NCBI GenBank assembly: GCA_027484125.1
Contig: JAIXUI010000120.1
Location: 15,441-79,440 of the forward strand
DNA: 64,000 nt
Reading direction: 5' to 3'
Source of the DNA: Bacteroidota bacterium
GTDB taxonomy: Bacteria; Bacteroidota; Bacteroidia; UBA7662; JAIXUI01
Made by a program: the position numbers and the translations under genes. Under the pieces are notes generated by a model. That model saw nothing but the letters and a program-made list of their open reading frames with translations. It was not told where the DNA came from and searched no databases. Positions 41,432 through 50,501 of the stretch are shown here, one piece after another. The first letter of the stretch is position 1. Each line of letters starts with the position of its first letter.

Positions 41432-42856
41432 TTAGTCAACAATAGAGATTTTCATCATGTTGGCGCGGAGTTTCTGCTGAATAGGCATTGACCCAGTATT
41501 GATCACAATGTCACCAAAGTTTAACTTCCCTTGTTTAAGGAGTAACTTTAAAACATCCTGAATCGTTTCGTCTGTTGAGGTGAGTTTATTATAAAAAAAC
41601 GTTTCTACTCCCCATACCAGTGCAAGACGGGCCATTAACTGACGATCAGGAGTAAAAATAAACACCTTAGCACTTGGACGGAAGCTGCAAACCTTGTAAG
41701 CAGTGTATCCAGACTTGGTCATTCCGACAATGGCTTTAGCCCCAATGTGCTTCGCTGTTTTCACAGCGGTATAGCAAAGTGAATCGGAAAGGTAGGAAGG
41801 AGAGTTTTTGTCGAGGACTGCGTTTCTATAATAGATATCAGCTCCTTCTTCCACGTTGACAATAATTTTAGTCATGTATTCAACAACCTGAACCGGATGT
41901 TGGCCTACAGAAGTTTCTCCGGAGAGCATCAAGGCATCAGCACCATCGAGCACGGCATTGGCTACGTCGTTGGCCTCTGCGCGGGTGGGCATGAAACTAG
42001 TAATCATTGATTCCATCATTTGAGTGGCAATGATTACCGGCTTCGACAATTCGAGAGAAGCCTTCACGATGGCTTTTTGAATGAGAGGCAACTTCTCGAT
42101 TGGATACTCTACACCCAAATCTCCACGTGCAACCATAATTCCATCAGCAGCAGCTACAATACCTTGAATATTGGCTACAGCTTGCGGCTTTTCAATTTTG
42201 GCCACTACAAGGATGTTTTTGCGTTTCGCAGCTATTCTCGATTTTAACTCATAGATATCGTTGGCTTGCCTTACAAAAGACAAAGCAACCCAATCAAGCT
42301 GTTGTTCAAGAATAAAGTCGAGGTCTCTGATATCCTTTTCTGTTAGAGAAGGCAAAGAGACATTGGAATTAGGAAGATTGACTCCTTTTTTAGAAGAAAG
42401 CACCCCACCATGAATGACGAGCACCCGAACAGCATCGAGCGAGTTGGTTTCGAGTACCTCCATTTTGATTTTGCCATCATCGAGCAAAATCATGTCACCT
42501 TTCTTAACATCACGTGGGAATGCCTCATAGTTGATAAAAAGGCGTTCAGCATTTCCGATACAAGGATGGGTGGTCATAATGAGCTGGTCGCCCACTTTGA
42601 GCATTACCCCATTATTTTCCATTTCTCCAATCCTGATTTTTGGACCCTGTAAATCGCCAAGAATGGCTGTAGAAGTACCGAGTTCTTTATCTAGGCTTCG
42701 GATATGGGCTATCACTTGAGCCAGCTCATCGTACTTAGCATGTGAAAAGTTGAGGCGAAATACATTGACGCCGGCGAGCATCATTCCGTGAATGGTTTCT
42801 CGTGCACTGCAAGCCGGACCGATGGTAGCGACAATTTTAGTTCGCTTTTCTGGCAT
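41432..42856 (-). CDS. pyk: Pyruvate kinase
   Basis: RTKIVATIGP, RLNFSH, DLQGPKIR, MVARGDLGVE, ATQMMESM, MLSGET. Confidence 0.98.
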   Translation of the reverse strand: MPEKRTKIVATIGPACSARETIHGMMLAGVNVFRLNFSHAKYDELAQVIAHIRSLDKELGTSTAILGDLQGPKIRIGEMENNGVMLKVGDQLIMTTHPCIGNAERLFINYEAFPRDVKKGDMILLDDGKIKMEVLETNSLDAVRVLVIHGGVLSSKKGVNLPNSNVSLPSLTEKDIRDLDFILEQQLDWVALSFVRQANDIYELKSRIAAKRKNILVVAKIEKPQAVANIQGIVAAADGIMVARGDLGVEYPIEKLPLIQKAIVKASLELSKPVIIATQMMESMITSFMPTRAEANDVANAVLDGADALMLSGETSVGQHPVQVVEYMTKIIVNVEEGADIYYRNAVLDKNSPSYLSDSLCYTAVKTAKHIGAKAIVGMTKSGYTAYKVCSFRPSAKVFIFTPDRQLMARLALVWGVETFFYNKLTSTDETIQDVLKLLLKQGKLNFGDIVINTGSMPIQQKLRANMMKISIVD

Positions 42857-42866
42857 CTGCTGAGGT

Positions 42867-43325
42867 TTATTGGTTCTGTTCAAAATATCCTAAATTATTG
42901 ATTTCTGTGGAGCTTATGGGAACTGCATAACAATCAACAGGGCTTATTTGATTGATGATGCTGACAATCTTGTACATCATGGGGTCTGCATCGTCTTGCT
43001 CCTGGCAGTTAACAACCAACCAGTAGTTAATCTTTTTGTGAGCATAGCTGAAATAAGCATCATCCTGACGGTTGGCAATTAACCCCAACGTAAAACGATG
43101 TAAGTGCGATTTAAATTCGTAACGAACAAACGACTTTTTTGGCGATTTTCCAATTTTATCGATACATAAATCCGAAGATCGCTCAAATTCAACCGATAAA
43201 TGGCGGTTAAGCCAAAATGCAAGAAGGTAAGGAGACAAAGGAGATATTAAACCAACCACCATGAAAGGGTCTTCGGATATTTCCTCCAGTTCAAGGTAAA
43301 CTTTGTGACTCTTTTTTGAGCTCAT
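42867..43325 (-). CDS. IPExxxVDY-family-like conserved Bacteroidota protein
   Basis: YLLAFWLNRHLSVEFERS and LIANR segments, upstream of pyk; the eponymous motif is degenerate here. Confidence 0.6.
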   Translation of the reverse strand: MSSKKSHKVYLELEEISEDPFMVVGLISPLSPYLLAFWLNRHLSVEFERSSDLCIDKIGKSPKKSFVRYEFKSHLHRFTLGLIANRQDDAYFSYAHKKINYWLVVNCQEQDDADPMMYKIVSIINQISPVDCYAVPISSTEINNLGYFEQNQ

Positions 43326-43332
43326 GAGGAAT

Positions 43333-43340
43333 CAAAGATA
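43333..43340 (-). promoter_or_regulatory. -7 element (TATCTTTG) for the IPExxxVDY-pyk unit
   Basis: TAnnTTTG 7 nt upstream of the ATG. Confidence 0.6.
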
Positions 43341-43411
43341 AAAGTTGAGTGATGGTTTTTAACCAAAGATGTTGAGGCGAAGCATAAGAAGAAAAAGATA
43401 TATAAGACATA

Positions 43412-43447
43412 TAAAACACTGTTTATCAGCACATAAACAGTGTTTTA
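43412..43447. repeat. Perfect 15-bp inverted repeat in the divergent promoter region
   Basis: TAAAACACTGTTTAT-cagcac-ATAAACAGTGTTTTA. Confidence 0.85.
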
Positions 43448-43517
43448 CCAAATTTACCACTATTGGAAAAGCGAGAAGGCAGGAGAATAAACTTGATTAA
43501 ATAGAACACCGAAAATT

Positions 43518-43550
43518 TTTGGATATTCAGTTTCAAATGCAGTATGTTTG
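43518..43550 (+). promoter_or_regulatory. -33/-7 promoter for acpP-fabF-rnc
   Basis: TTTG (43518-21), 21 nt spacer, TATGTTTG (43543-50). Confidence 0.7.
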
Positions 43551-43571
43551 CAAGCCAAAATATTGATTGAA

Positions 43572-43808
43572 ATGTCAGACAAAGCCGCTCGCGTTAAAGC
43601 GATCATCGTTGAGAAGCTTGGAGTAGACGAAAGTGAAGTTACTCCTGAAGCAAGCTTCACTGCAGACCTCGGAGCAGATTCTCTGGATACTGTAGAGCTC
43701 ATTATGGAATTCGAAAAGGAATTCAATGTTTCTATTCCTGATGATCAGGCAGAGAACATCCAGACTGTTGGACAAGCGATTGCCTACCTAGAGGCCCACG
43801 CGAAGTAA
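43572..43808 (+). CDS. acpP: Acyl carrier protein
   Basis: [20 protein letters not shown]; start reassigned to 43572. Confidence 0.98.
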   Translation: MSDKAARVKAIIVEKLGVDESEVTPEASFTADLGADSLDTVELIMEFEKEFNVSIPDDQAENIQTVGQAIAYLEAHAK

Positions 43809-43832
43809 TATAACCTCAAAACTATAAGGTCT

Positions 43833-45086
43833 ATGCAGTTGAAACGCGTTGTTGTTACCGGATTAGGTGCCCTAACCCCTATCGGGAATGATGTTGATTC
43901 TTACTGGAAAGGCCTTACTGAAGGCGTAAGTGGCGCCGATTTTATCAAGTCTTTCGATGCGTCGAAGTTCAAAACCCGCTTTGCTTGTGAGGTTAAGAAC
44001 TTCGACGTTCATCAATACCTAGAGAAGAAAGAAGCTAGAAAACTAGACCCCTTTGTTCACTACGCATTGGTGACGGTGCAAGAAGCTATAGAACGTAGCG
44101 GATTGCCATTGGATACTGTAGATAAAGACCGAGTAGGTGTGATTTGGGGTTCTGGAATTGGTGGCCTTCTCACCTTCCTTGAAGAATGTTCAGGGTTCGC
44201 CAAAGGAGACGGCACCCCAAGATTCAATCCTTTCTTCATTCCTAAAATGATTGCAGATATTGCCGCTGGCCATATCTCCATCAAATATGGATTCAGAGGT
44301 CCCAATTTCACCACTGTTTCAGCCTGTGCCTCTTCTACCAATGCGCTCATCGATGCATTTACTTACATCCGATTAGGCAAAGTAGATGTAATGGTAGCCG
44401 GTGGTTCTGAAGCTGCTGTCAATGAAGCAGGTATCGGAGGTTTTAATGCAATGAAGGCCTTATCTGAAAGAAACGATTCACCATCAACCGCATCAAGACC
44501 ATTTGATGCAGATCGTGATGGCTTCGTTTTGGGAGAAGGTGCCGGTGCACTTATTTTAGAAGAGTTAGACCATGCCATTGCAAGAGGTGCTACTATTTAC
44601 GCCGAACTTGTTGGTGGTGGAATGAGTGCAGATGCTCATCACATCACAGCGCCTCATCCTGAAGGTCTTGGCGCTAGTAATGTAATGAAATATGCTTTGG
44701 CCGATGCAAACTTAAAGCCTGAGGATATTGATTACATTAACGTACATGGAACTTCAACTCCTCTTGGAGATATTAGTGAAATAAAGGCTATACAACGAGT
44801 GTTTGGCGATCATGCCCTAAACCTCAACATTAGCTCAACAAAAAGCATGACAGGCCATTTACTTGGCGCTGCTGGAGCTATTGAGGCGATTGCTTCTGTT
44901 TTAGCTGTGAAACATGACCTTGTACCTCCTACCATCAATCATTTCACAGACGATCCGCAATTTGATGCTGCCTTGAATCTCACTTTCAACCAAGCTCAAA
45001 AGCGAGTCGTAAGAGCCGCACTCAGTAACACTTTCGGCTTTGGAGGTCATAACACCTCCGTTATATTCAAGAAATACGAATCCTGA
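43833..45086 (+). CDS. fabF: Beta-ketoacyl-ACP synthase II
   Basis: SACAS (Cys), HGTST, KSMTGHLLGAAG, SNTFGFGGHN. Confidence 0.97.
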   Translation: MQLKRVVVTGLGALTPIGNDVDSYWKGLTEGVSGADFIKSFDASKFKTRFACEVKNFDVHQYLEKKEARKLDPFVHYALVTVQEAIERSGLPLDTVDKDRVGVIWGSGIGGLLTFLEECSGFAKGDGTPRFNPFFIPKMIADIAAGHISIKYGFRGPNFTTVSACASSTNALIDAFTYIRLGKVDVMVAGGSEAAVNEAGIGGFNAMKALSERNDSPSTASRPFDADRDGFVLGEGAGALILEELDHAIARGATIYAELVGGGMSADAHHITAPHPEGLGASNVMKYALADANLKPEDIDYINVHGTSTPLGDISEIKAIQRVFGDHALNLNISSTKSMTGHLLGAAGAIEAIASVLAVKHDLVPPTINHFTDDPQFDAALNLTFNQAQKRVVRAALSNTFGFGGHNTSVIFKKYES

Positions 45087-45088
45087 TT

Positions 45089-45826
45089 TTGGAAGATTTG
45101 CTTCGGCTAATCAAATCCAGAATAAAGCGGCAGAATCCGGATTTACATGCCGCCATTAAGCGATTGACAGGCATAAGCCCTATCAACATCGCTCTATACG
45201 AACAAGCACTTACGCACAGTTCTGCCAATATACAGAGCACCCAAGGTTCAAGAATTGATAACGAAAGATTGGAGTACTTGGGAGATGCTGTACTTGACCT
45301 TATCGTTGCTGACATTTTATTCAAGAAATATCCTCTAAAAGATGAGGGTTTTCTAACCGAATTAAGAGCCCGGGTTGTAAATACCCAATTCTTAGATTCG
45401 ATAACTAGAAAAATCGGGCTAAACAATTTTCTCATCGCCGACGAAAAAAGTCGGCACATGATTATCCAAAACAGAAACGCTAACGCTGATTTATTAGAAG
45501 CGTTGATTGGCGCTATCTATTTAGATCACGGATTCAATGGCGCAAACAAGTTTATACAAAGCCTTGTAAAAGAGCACGTTGACTTTGATCATTTATTGGT
45601 AACCGAAAGTAATTTTAAGAGCAGGCTTTTGGAATGGTCACAACGAGAAGGGGCCAAAATTCAATTTGAACCAGTCACTGATGCAGATTTGACGCGTAAA
45701 CGAAGAATAGCCATTCAGTTGTTGGTCAATGGAAAAACAGTAGCAGTAGGCATAGATTCCACACGAAAAGAGGCTGAACAAAGAGCAGCTCAAAAATTTC
45801 TGGAGTCTTTGAAGCCAACAAACTGA
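45089..45826 (+). CDS. rnc: Ribonuclease III
   Basis: NERLEYLGDAVL signature, ADLLEALIGAIYLD and a C-terminal dsRBD; TTG start. Confidence 0.95.
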   Translation: MEDLLRLIKSRIKRQNPDLHAAIKRLTGISPINIALYEQALTHSSANIQSTQGSRIDNERLEYLGDAVLDLIVADILFKKYPLKDEGFLTELRARVVNTQFLDSITRKIGLNNFLIADEKSRHMIIQNRNANADLLEALIGAIYLDHGFNGANKFIQSLVKEHVDFDHLLVTESNFKSRLLEWSQREGAKIQFEPVTDADLTRKRRIAIQLLVNGKTVAVGIDSTRKEAEQRAAQKFLESLKPTN

Positions 45827-45839
45827 TGTACTTTTGGGC

Positions 45840-46283
45840 ATGCCCCAAAAGCCTGACTTTTCACTAGAGCTATTTCGCTTTCGATCAGCAGTAGAAATAC
45901 GCTGGAGCGACCTAGACGCCTTCCAACATGTTAATAATGCGGTTTATCTAACCTATTTTGAACAAGGAAGAATTAAGTACTTCCGAGAAATGGCTATACC
46001 GTGGAATTGGAGAGAAACCGGTGCTATTCTAGCTCATGCAGAAGTTAATTACTGGGCACCCTTGCATTTTAATGATAATGCTTGGATTTATGTAAGATGT
46101 TGCAGATTAGGCCAAAAAAGTATGGATTTCGAATACCTAATTGCAGTAGAAAAAACTAATGGAGCGCTTGAAATTGCCACTACCGGTAAAACTTCACTGG
46201 TAGCATACAGTTATGAAAAAAGCCTATCTGTTAAAATCCCACCAGAAGCTCGAAAAGAGATTGAATTGGCAGAGGGCCTGTAA
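45840..46283 (+). CDS. Acyl-CoA thioesterase (4HBT/YbgC hot-dog fold)
   Basis: IRWSDLDAFQHVNNAVYLTYFEQGR; TACTTTTG -7 motif at 45829-36 directly upstream. Confidence 0.9.
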   Translation: MPQKPDFSLELFRFRSAVEIRWSDLDAFQHVNNAVYLTYFEQGRIKYFREMAIPWNWRETGAILAHAEVNYWAPLHFNDNAWIYVRCCRLGQKSMDFEYLIAVEKTNGALEIATTGKTSLVAYSYEKSLSVKIPPEARKEIELAEGL

Positions 46284-46335
46284 AAATTTAACCATCACCC
46301 TATTATCTTTAGAGAATCAAAATTAATTGCCCTCA

Positions 46336-48690
46336 ATGAAGCGAATTTCTCTGTTCATTATTCTATTCCTCGGGATATTAGGCGGGACACAAGCGCAAAA
46401 CAGCCCAAACAGGCAAGTAGTTTTACAAGGCTTTTGGTGGGACTATTGGAACGCCAATTATCCGAACGGATGGTCCAATTATCTTGCTGAACTTGCTCCA
46501 AGACTAAGAGCTCTTGGCATTGATGCAGTTTGGATACCCCCTACTGTAAAAAATCCGGGTACCAATAGTGTAGGCTATGTACCGTTTGACCATTATGACC
46601 TTGGAGATAAATATCAAAAGAACAACGTAAAAACCCGAATGGGCGATAAAGATGAACTTCTGAGAATGATGGCCATCATGAAAGCCAACGGACTTGATGT
46701 AATCCAGGATATCGTATTGAATCATATGAATGGGGCAGGTGCAGCGATTGGTGGTGCAGGTGGCGCAGATCCCGCAGCCATGGACGACGGGCAAACCAGC
46801 AGGTTTAAAAATTTCCGATATTCTTGTTATAGGAGACCAGTCATTAATGAGAATAATGTGGATTATTTAGCCAGAAGTGGCAGATTTCCTAAAAATTGGC
46901 AAAACTTTTACCCCAATCCCGGAAATCCCTGTTGTACCAACGACATCAATTCTCCATGGTGGGGACCTGATATCAGCTTCGAAGCTAACGCATTTGGCCA
47001 AAGCTCTAATGCCACCTACAATCCAGTGCAGGATAGTGATTATATGCGCAAAGGCATGCGTGATTGGATTATCTGGTATAAAAAGCAGCAAGGCTGGGAT
47101 GGCGTAAGGTTAGACGCCATTAAACACTTTCCTTCTTATATCGCGGAAGATTACTTATGGAATCTTCAATTCAACGCTGGATTTGCAAGTGGTGGTAATG
47201 ATTTGTTTGCCGTGGGTGAATGGGTTGGCGGAAAAGCTGAACTTGATAATTGGGCAAATAGTGTTCAGAATCGATCCGGAACTTTCGACTTCGCCTTAAG
47301 AAACGCCCTAGTGGGAATAATTAACGGAATTGGCAACTTCGATATGGGCTCTGTACCCAGTTATCAACAAGACAACCGCCAACGAACAGTTCCCTTTGTC
47401 AACAATCACGATACCTTCCGGCCACAATTAAGTACAAATGGAAACTATACAGGTTGGAACCTTGGCCAACAATTAGGTTTACACATTGAGCCCAATAATC
47501 CAAGGCTATCTGTGGTGTATGGCATTATACTCGCAGTAGATGGAGCGCCTCAAATTTTCTTTGAAGACTTGTTTGATATTGGTTACACCGGTAAACGTTA
47601 CAGCCATCAACCAAGATCAGAAACCGACCTCCCCGTTCGCTCAGACATCGCCAACTTAATCTGGTGTCATCAAAATTTAAGGTTCAAGCAAGGCCCATAC
47701 TTAGTTAGGTGGCAAGCACAAGACGCATTAGTGATTGAAAGAGGTGGACGAGCACTCATTGCGCTAAACGACAATTGGAATACCTGGCAAAATTTAAACG
47801 GCGTTCAAACCAATTTTCCTGATGGCACTCAACTGAGAGATTACTCAGGTGCCAATGGAACTGCTGTTAGGACAGTATATGGTGGTGGAAAAGTTGACAT
47901 TTCAATTCCTCCATGCGATGGCTCTGCTTTACAAGGAAGAAGAGGCTACGCGGTTTGGGCTCCGGTTGGCATAACTACTAATTACATAAGAACCAGAAAA
48001 ACCATCACTCAGGAATGGGAAATGAATGACGACCTTGGCGACAGCCATGCCTTATCATTAAGACAAGGAGGAAGACTTCCTGACAGTTCAACAGTATGTA
48101 GAACGGTAGGTAAACTCTTTGTAGCTGGCGGGCAACCCATTAGACTTGAAGTATTTACTGCTGATAGCATTAGAAAAGTAAACATAAGCCTTCTCGACGC
48201 ACAATGTGGATTTTTAGATAGCACTGAAGGAGCGGGAACCATCAACTACACCTATACTCCAGTGTTAAGTGGTTGGGTAACGGTAACAGTGAGAAATGCG
48301 GATAGCTTAACAGCAGGTCAAAGACTATTTGTAAAAGCTACATACCGTGCACCAGATAGTGCTTCAACCAATATTCCAAAACCTATTTGTAATTGTGTGC
48401 AAGGATTTATCACCAGCTCCCAAGATTTACAACAAGATGAAGTCATAAAAATTTGGCCCAATCCCGTTAAGGATCAACTCTTTATGGAGTTTGGAAAAAT
48501 AGCCCATCAAGGACTTTTACAAGTTAAAATATTAGACCTTGGTGGAAGAGTAATTAGATCAGAAAACATTGCCTATTACGGCCAGCAATCCACAAGTGTA
48601 CAGATAAGCGATCTTGCTCCAGGATTATACATTACTGAAATTTGGAATAATCAAGAAAGATTGATTACTCAAAAAATTGTGAAACAGTAA
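46336..48690 (+). CDS. GH13 alpha-amylase-family glycoside hydrolase with T9SS C-terminal domain
   Basis: Signal peptide; conserved regions DIVLNH, GVRLDAIKH, GEWV, FVNNHD; CTD IWPNPVKD...DLGGR...GLYITEI...KIVKQ. Confidence 0.9.
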   Translation: MKRISLFIILFLGILGGTQAQNSPNRQVVLQGFWWDYWNANYPNGWSNYLAELAPRLRALGIDAVWIPPTVKNPGTNSVGYVPFDHYDLGDKYQKNNVKTRMGDKDELLRMMAIMKANGLDVIQDIVLNHMNGAGAAIGGAGGADPAAMDDGQTSRFKNFRYSCYRRPVINENNVDYLARSGRFPKNWQNFYPNPGNPCCTNDINSPWWGPDISFEANAFGQSSNATYNPVQDSDYMRKGMRDWIIWYKKQQGWDGVRLDAIKHFPSYIAEDYLWNLQFNAGFASGGNDLFAVGEWVGGKAELDNWANSVQNRSGTFDFALRNALVGIINGIGNFDMGSVPSYQQDNRQRTVPFVNNHDTFRPQLSTNGNYTGWNLGQQLGLHIEPNNPRLSVVYGIILAVDGAPQIFFEDLFDIGYTGKRYSHQPRSETDLPVRSDIANLIWCHQNLRFKQGPYLVRWQAQDALVIERGGRALIALNDNWNTWQNLNGVQTNFPDGTQLRDYSGANGTAVRTVYGGGKVDISIPPCDGSALQGRRGYAVWAPVGITTNYIRTRKTITQEWEMNDDLGDSHALSLRQGGRLPDSSTVCRTVGKLFVAGGQPIRLEVFTADSIRKVNISLLDAQCGFLDSTEGAGTINYTYTPVLSGWVTVTVRNADSLTAGQRLFVKATYRAPDSASTNIPKPICNCVQGFITSSQDLQQDEVIKIWPNPVKDQLFMEFGKIAHQGLLQVKILDLGGRVIRSENIAYYGQQSTSVQISDLAPGLYITEIWNNQERLITQKIVKQ

Positions 48691-48695
48691 CGCTA

Positions 48696-50501
48696 CTAGC
48701 TTTTGAACCAACCATTAAGCGCCTTCAACCAAAAATGAAGGCGCTTTTGTGTTTCTGGCAATGCATCAGAATTCCAATTATTAGCTAAATAATTCTGAAG
48801 CTGGTTGCCCAATTCTATTGCATGATGTTTAGTCTGATTCCGTTCGTGTTCGTAATCATCCCGAATACTTGACAATTGAAAACGTTCATTTTCTAACTCT
48901 TCGTTATTAGACTTGATTAATTGACGAGTTTCATACCATTTATTATAAACCCATAATAGAATGATAGTTAATACAAAAAGTATCAACAAAATAATGTAGC
49001 GATTCAACCTTTTGTAAGTCAAAGTTTCATCATGAATATTTGAAAGTTGATTAGACAACTTAAACAATTGTGTTTCATATTGTCGAATCTGGGAAAACTT
49101 AAATCCTTCCTTAACAATCAATTGGCCTTCATTTCTCCAATGAGAATACTTCTTTCGAAACTTATACGCTAATTCGAAGTTTCCAAGACTAGACTCCAAA
49201 TCTACCCTTTGTTTGTAAACATTTGACAAATAAGGACGTTCTTCAGGAAACTCCTCTAATCTCAATAGAGCGGAATCATTATAAAAGACGGCTTGTTGAA
49301 TATCCCTTTTCTTAAAATAGTAATCTGAAATACGTACATAGGCTTTTATCTCTTCATGTAAATGATTCTGCATTTTTCGAAGATGCAAATTATCGATAGC
49401 ATGCGCAATTGCTTTATCATAATTACCAAAGAGTGCTTCAGCAGTAGATAAATCTACACTAGCGTTAGCCATAAAATTTTTATCCTGCAAATCAGTAGCA
49501 TACCGGTAAGTTAAATTGGCATAATGGATGACGGAATCTCTATTTGGGTGATTACGATTTTCCATGTGCCAACTTGCCAATCTTGTGACCGCTTCAGTAG
49601 CCCAAAAGATTAAGTTCTTTTTCAGGGCATAATCATATAATTGAAATAATCTTCTTTGCTCTTCATCACGATTAAGTGAATTAAAAGCTAATTCAGAATA
49701 AAAGAGCAGTTTTCTACAATGAATCTCAGCCCATTTTCTACTAACATCAGGAATTTGACCAAGTACTTTAAGTGATTCTGCTTGTTTGCCCTCATAAAGT
49801 AATTCATCAGCATACCTAATTTGACAGAGATAACGACGCTTGGTCCAGCCTAGGGCTTGATACGCCAAAATGGCTTTCTCATAATACAGAAAAGCTACAT
49901 CAGCTTTTCGGAAATTACACTCATAATGCCCCAATTGTTCATAAGTAATAGCATTTTCAATCAAGCGCATTGGATTATCCTTTACTAATTGCAGCAGTAT
50001 AGTCTTTTGTTTTTGATATTCAGGAACATTCCAGGATCGAGCATGAATCCGCATCCACATATAAGATTGCTGCCATTGCCAAGTAGCACCGGCATTAGAA
50101 GAATCACCTAAACTTTGAACTAAACGATAACACTCTTTCAAAGAATCAACTTCATTGGCAATAAGAAACTGATGAAACAACACCTGAAAATAAGCTGAAT
50201 CCCGTCTCGAAATACTTTTAAGCAATGAAGAATTGGTAGAATATGCCGAAAACAACCACCCACTATTCATATTTATAACAGATTCTCCTGTTATTCGTAA
50301 AATTTCCGATTCACTAAATGTATGATCTTTGAACCCAGGAATGTTTGCTTTTTGAAAGTTTAAAGTATCATAAGAAAGTAACAACATTGACTTCCTACTT
50401 AAGGAAGCAGAATTAGATTGCTGACCTTGGTTTGAGCAAGAAAGTACACTTACATACACTAAAGCAACCCAACTAATCCAATAGCATTTATTAATAGTCA
50501 T
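48696..50501 (-). CDS. TPR-repeat membrane protein (sensor-like ectodomain, one TM, short cytoplasmic coiled coil)
   Basis: Lipobox-like VLS/C22, helical TPR-like repeats, TM YIILLILFVLTIILLWVY, about 80 aa tail without kinase motifs; AT-rich. Confidence 0.65.
   Translation of the reverse strand: MTINKCYWISWVALVYVSVLSCSNQGQQSNSASLSRKSMLLLSYDTLNFQKANIPGFKDHTFSESEILRITGESVINMNSGWLFSAYSTNSSLLKSISRRDSAYFQVLFHQFLIANEVDSLKECYRLVQSLGDSSNAGATWQWQQSYMWMRIHARSWNVPEYQKQKTILLQLVKDNPMRLIENAITYEQLGHYECNFRKADVAFLYYEKAILAYQALGWTKRRYLCQIRYADELLYEGKQAESLKVLGQIPDVSRKWAEIHCRKLLFYSELAFNSLNRDEEQRRLFQLYDYALKKNLIFWATEAVTRLASWHMENRNHPNRDSVIHYANLTYRYATDLQDKNFMANASVDLSTAEALFGNYDKAIAHAIDNLHLRKMQNHLHEEIKAYVRISDYYFKKRDIQQAVFYNDSALLRLEEFPEERPYLSNVYKQRVDLESSLGNFELAYKFRKKYSHWRNEGQLIVKEGFKFSQIRQYETQLFKLSNQLSNIHDETLTYKRLNRYIILLILFVLTIILLWVYNKWYETRQLIKSNNEELENERFQLSSIRDDYEHERNQTKHHAIELGNQLQNYLANNWNSDALPETQKRLHFWLKALNGWFKS
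48717..48754 (+). terminator. Terminator of the GH13 gene, lying inside the 3' end of the opposite-strand TPR ORF
   Basis: Perfect 11-bp stem AAGCGCCTTCA/TGAAGGCGCTT followed by TTGTGTTT. Confidence 0.7.
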
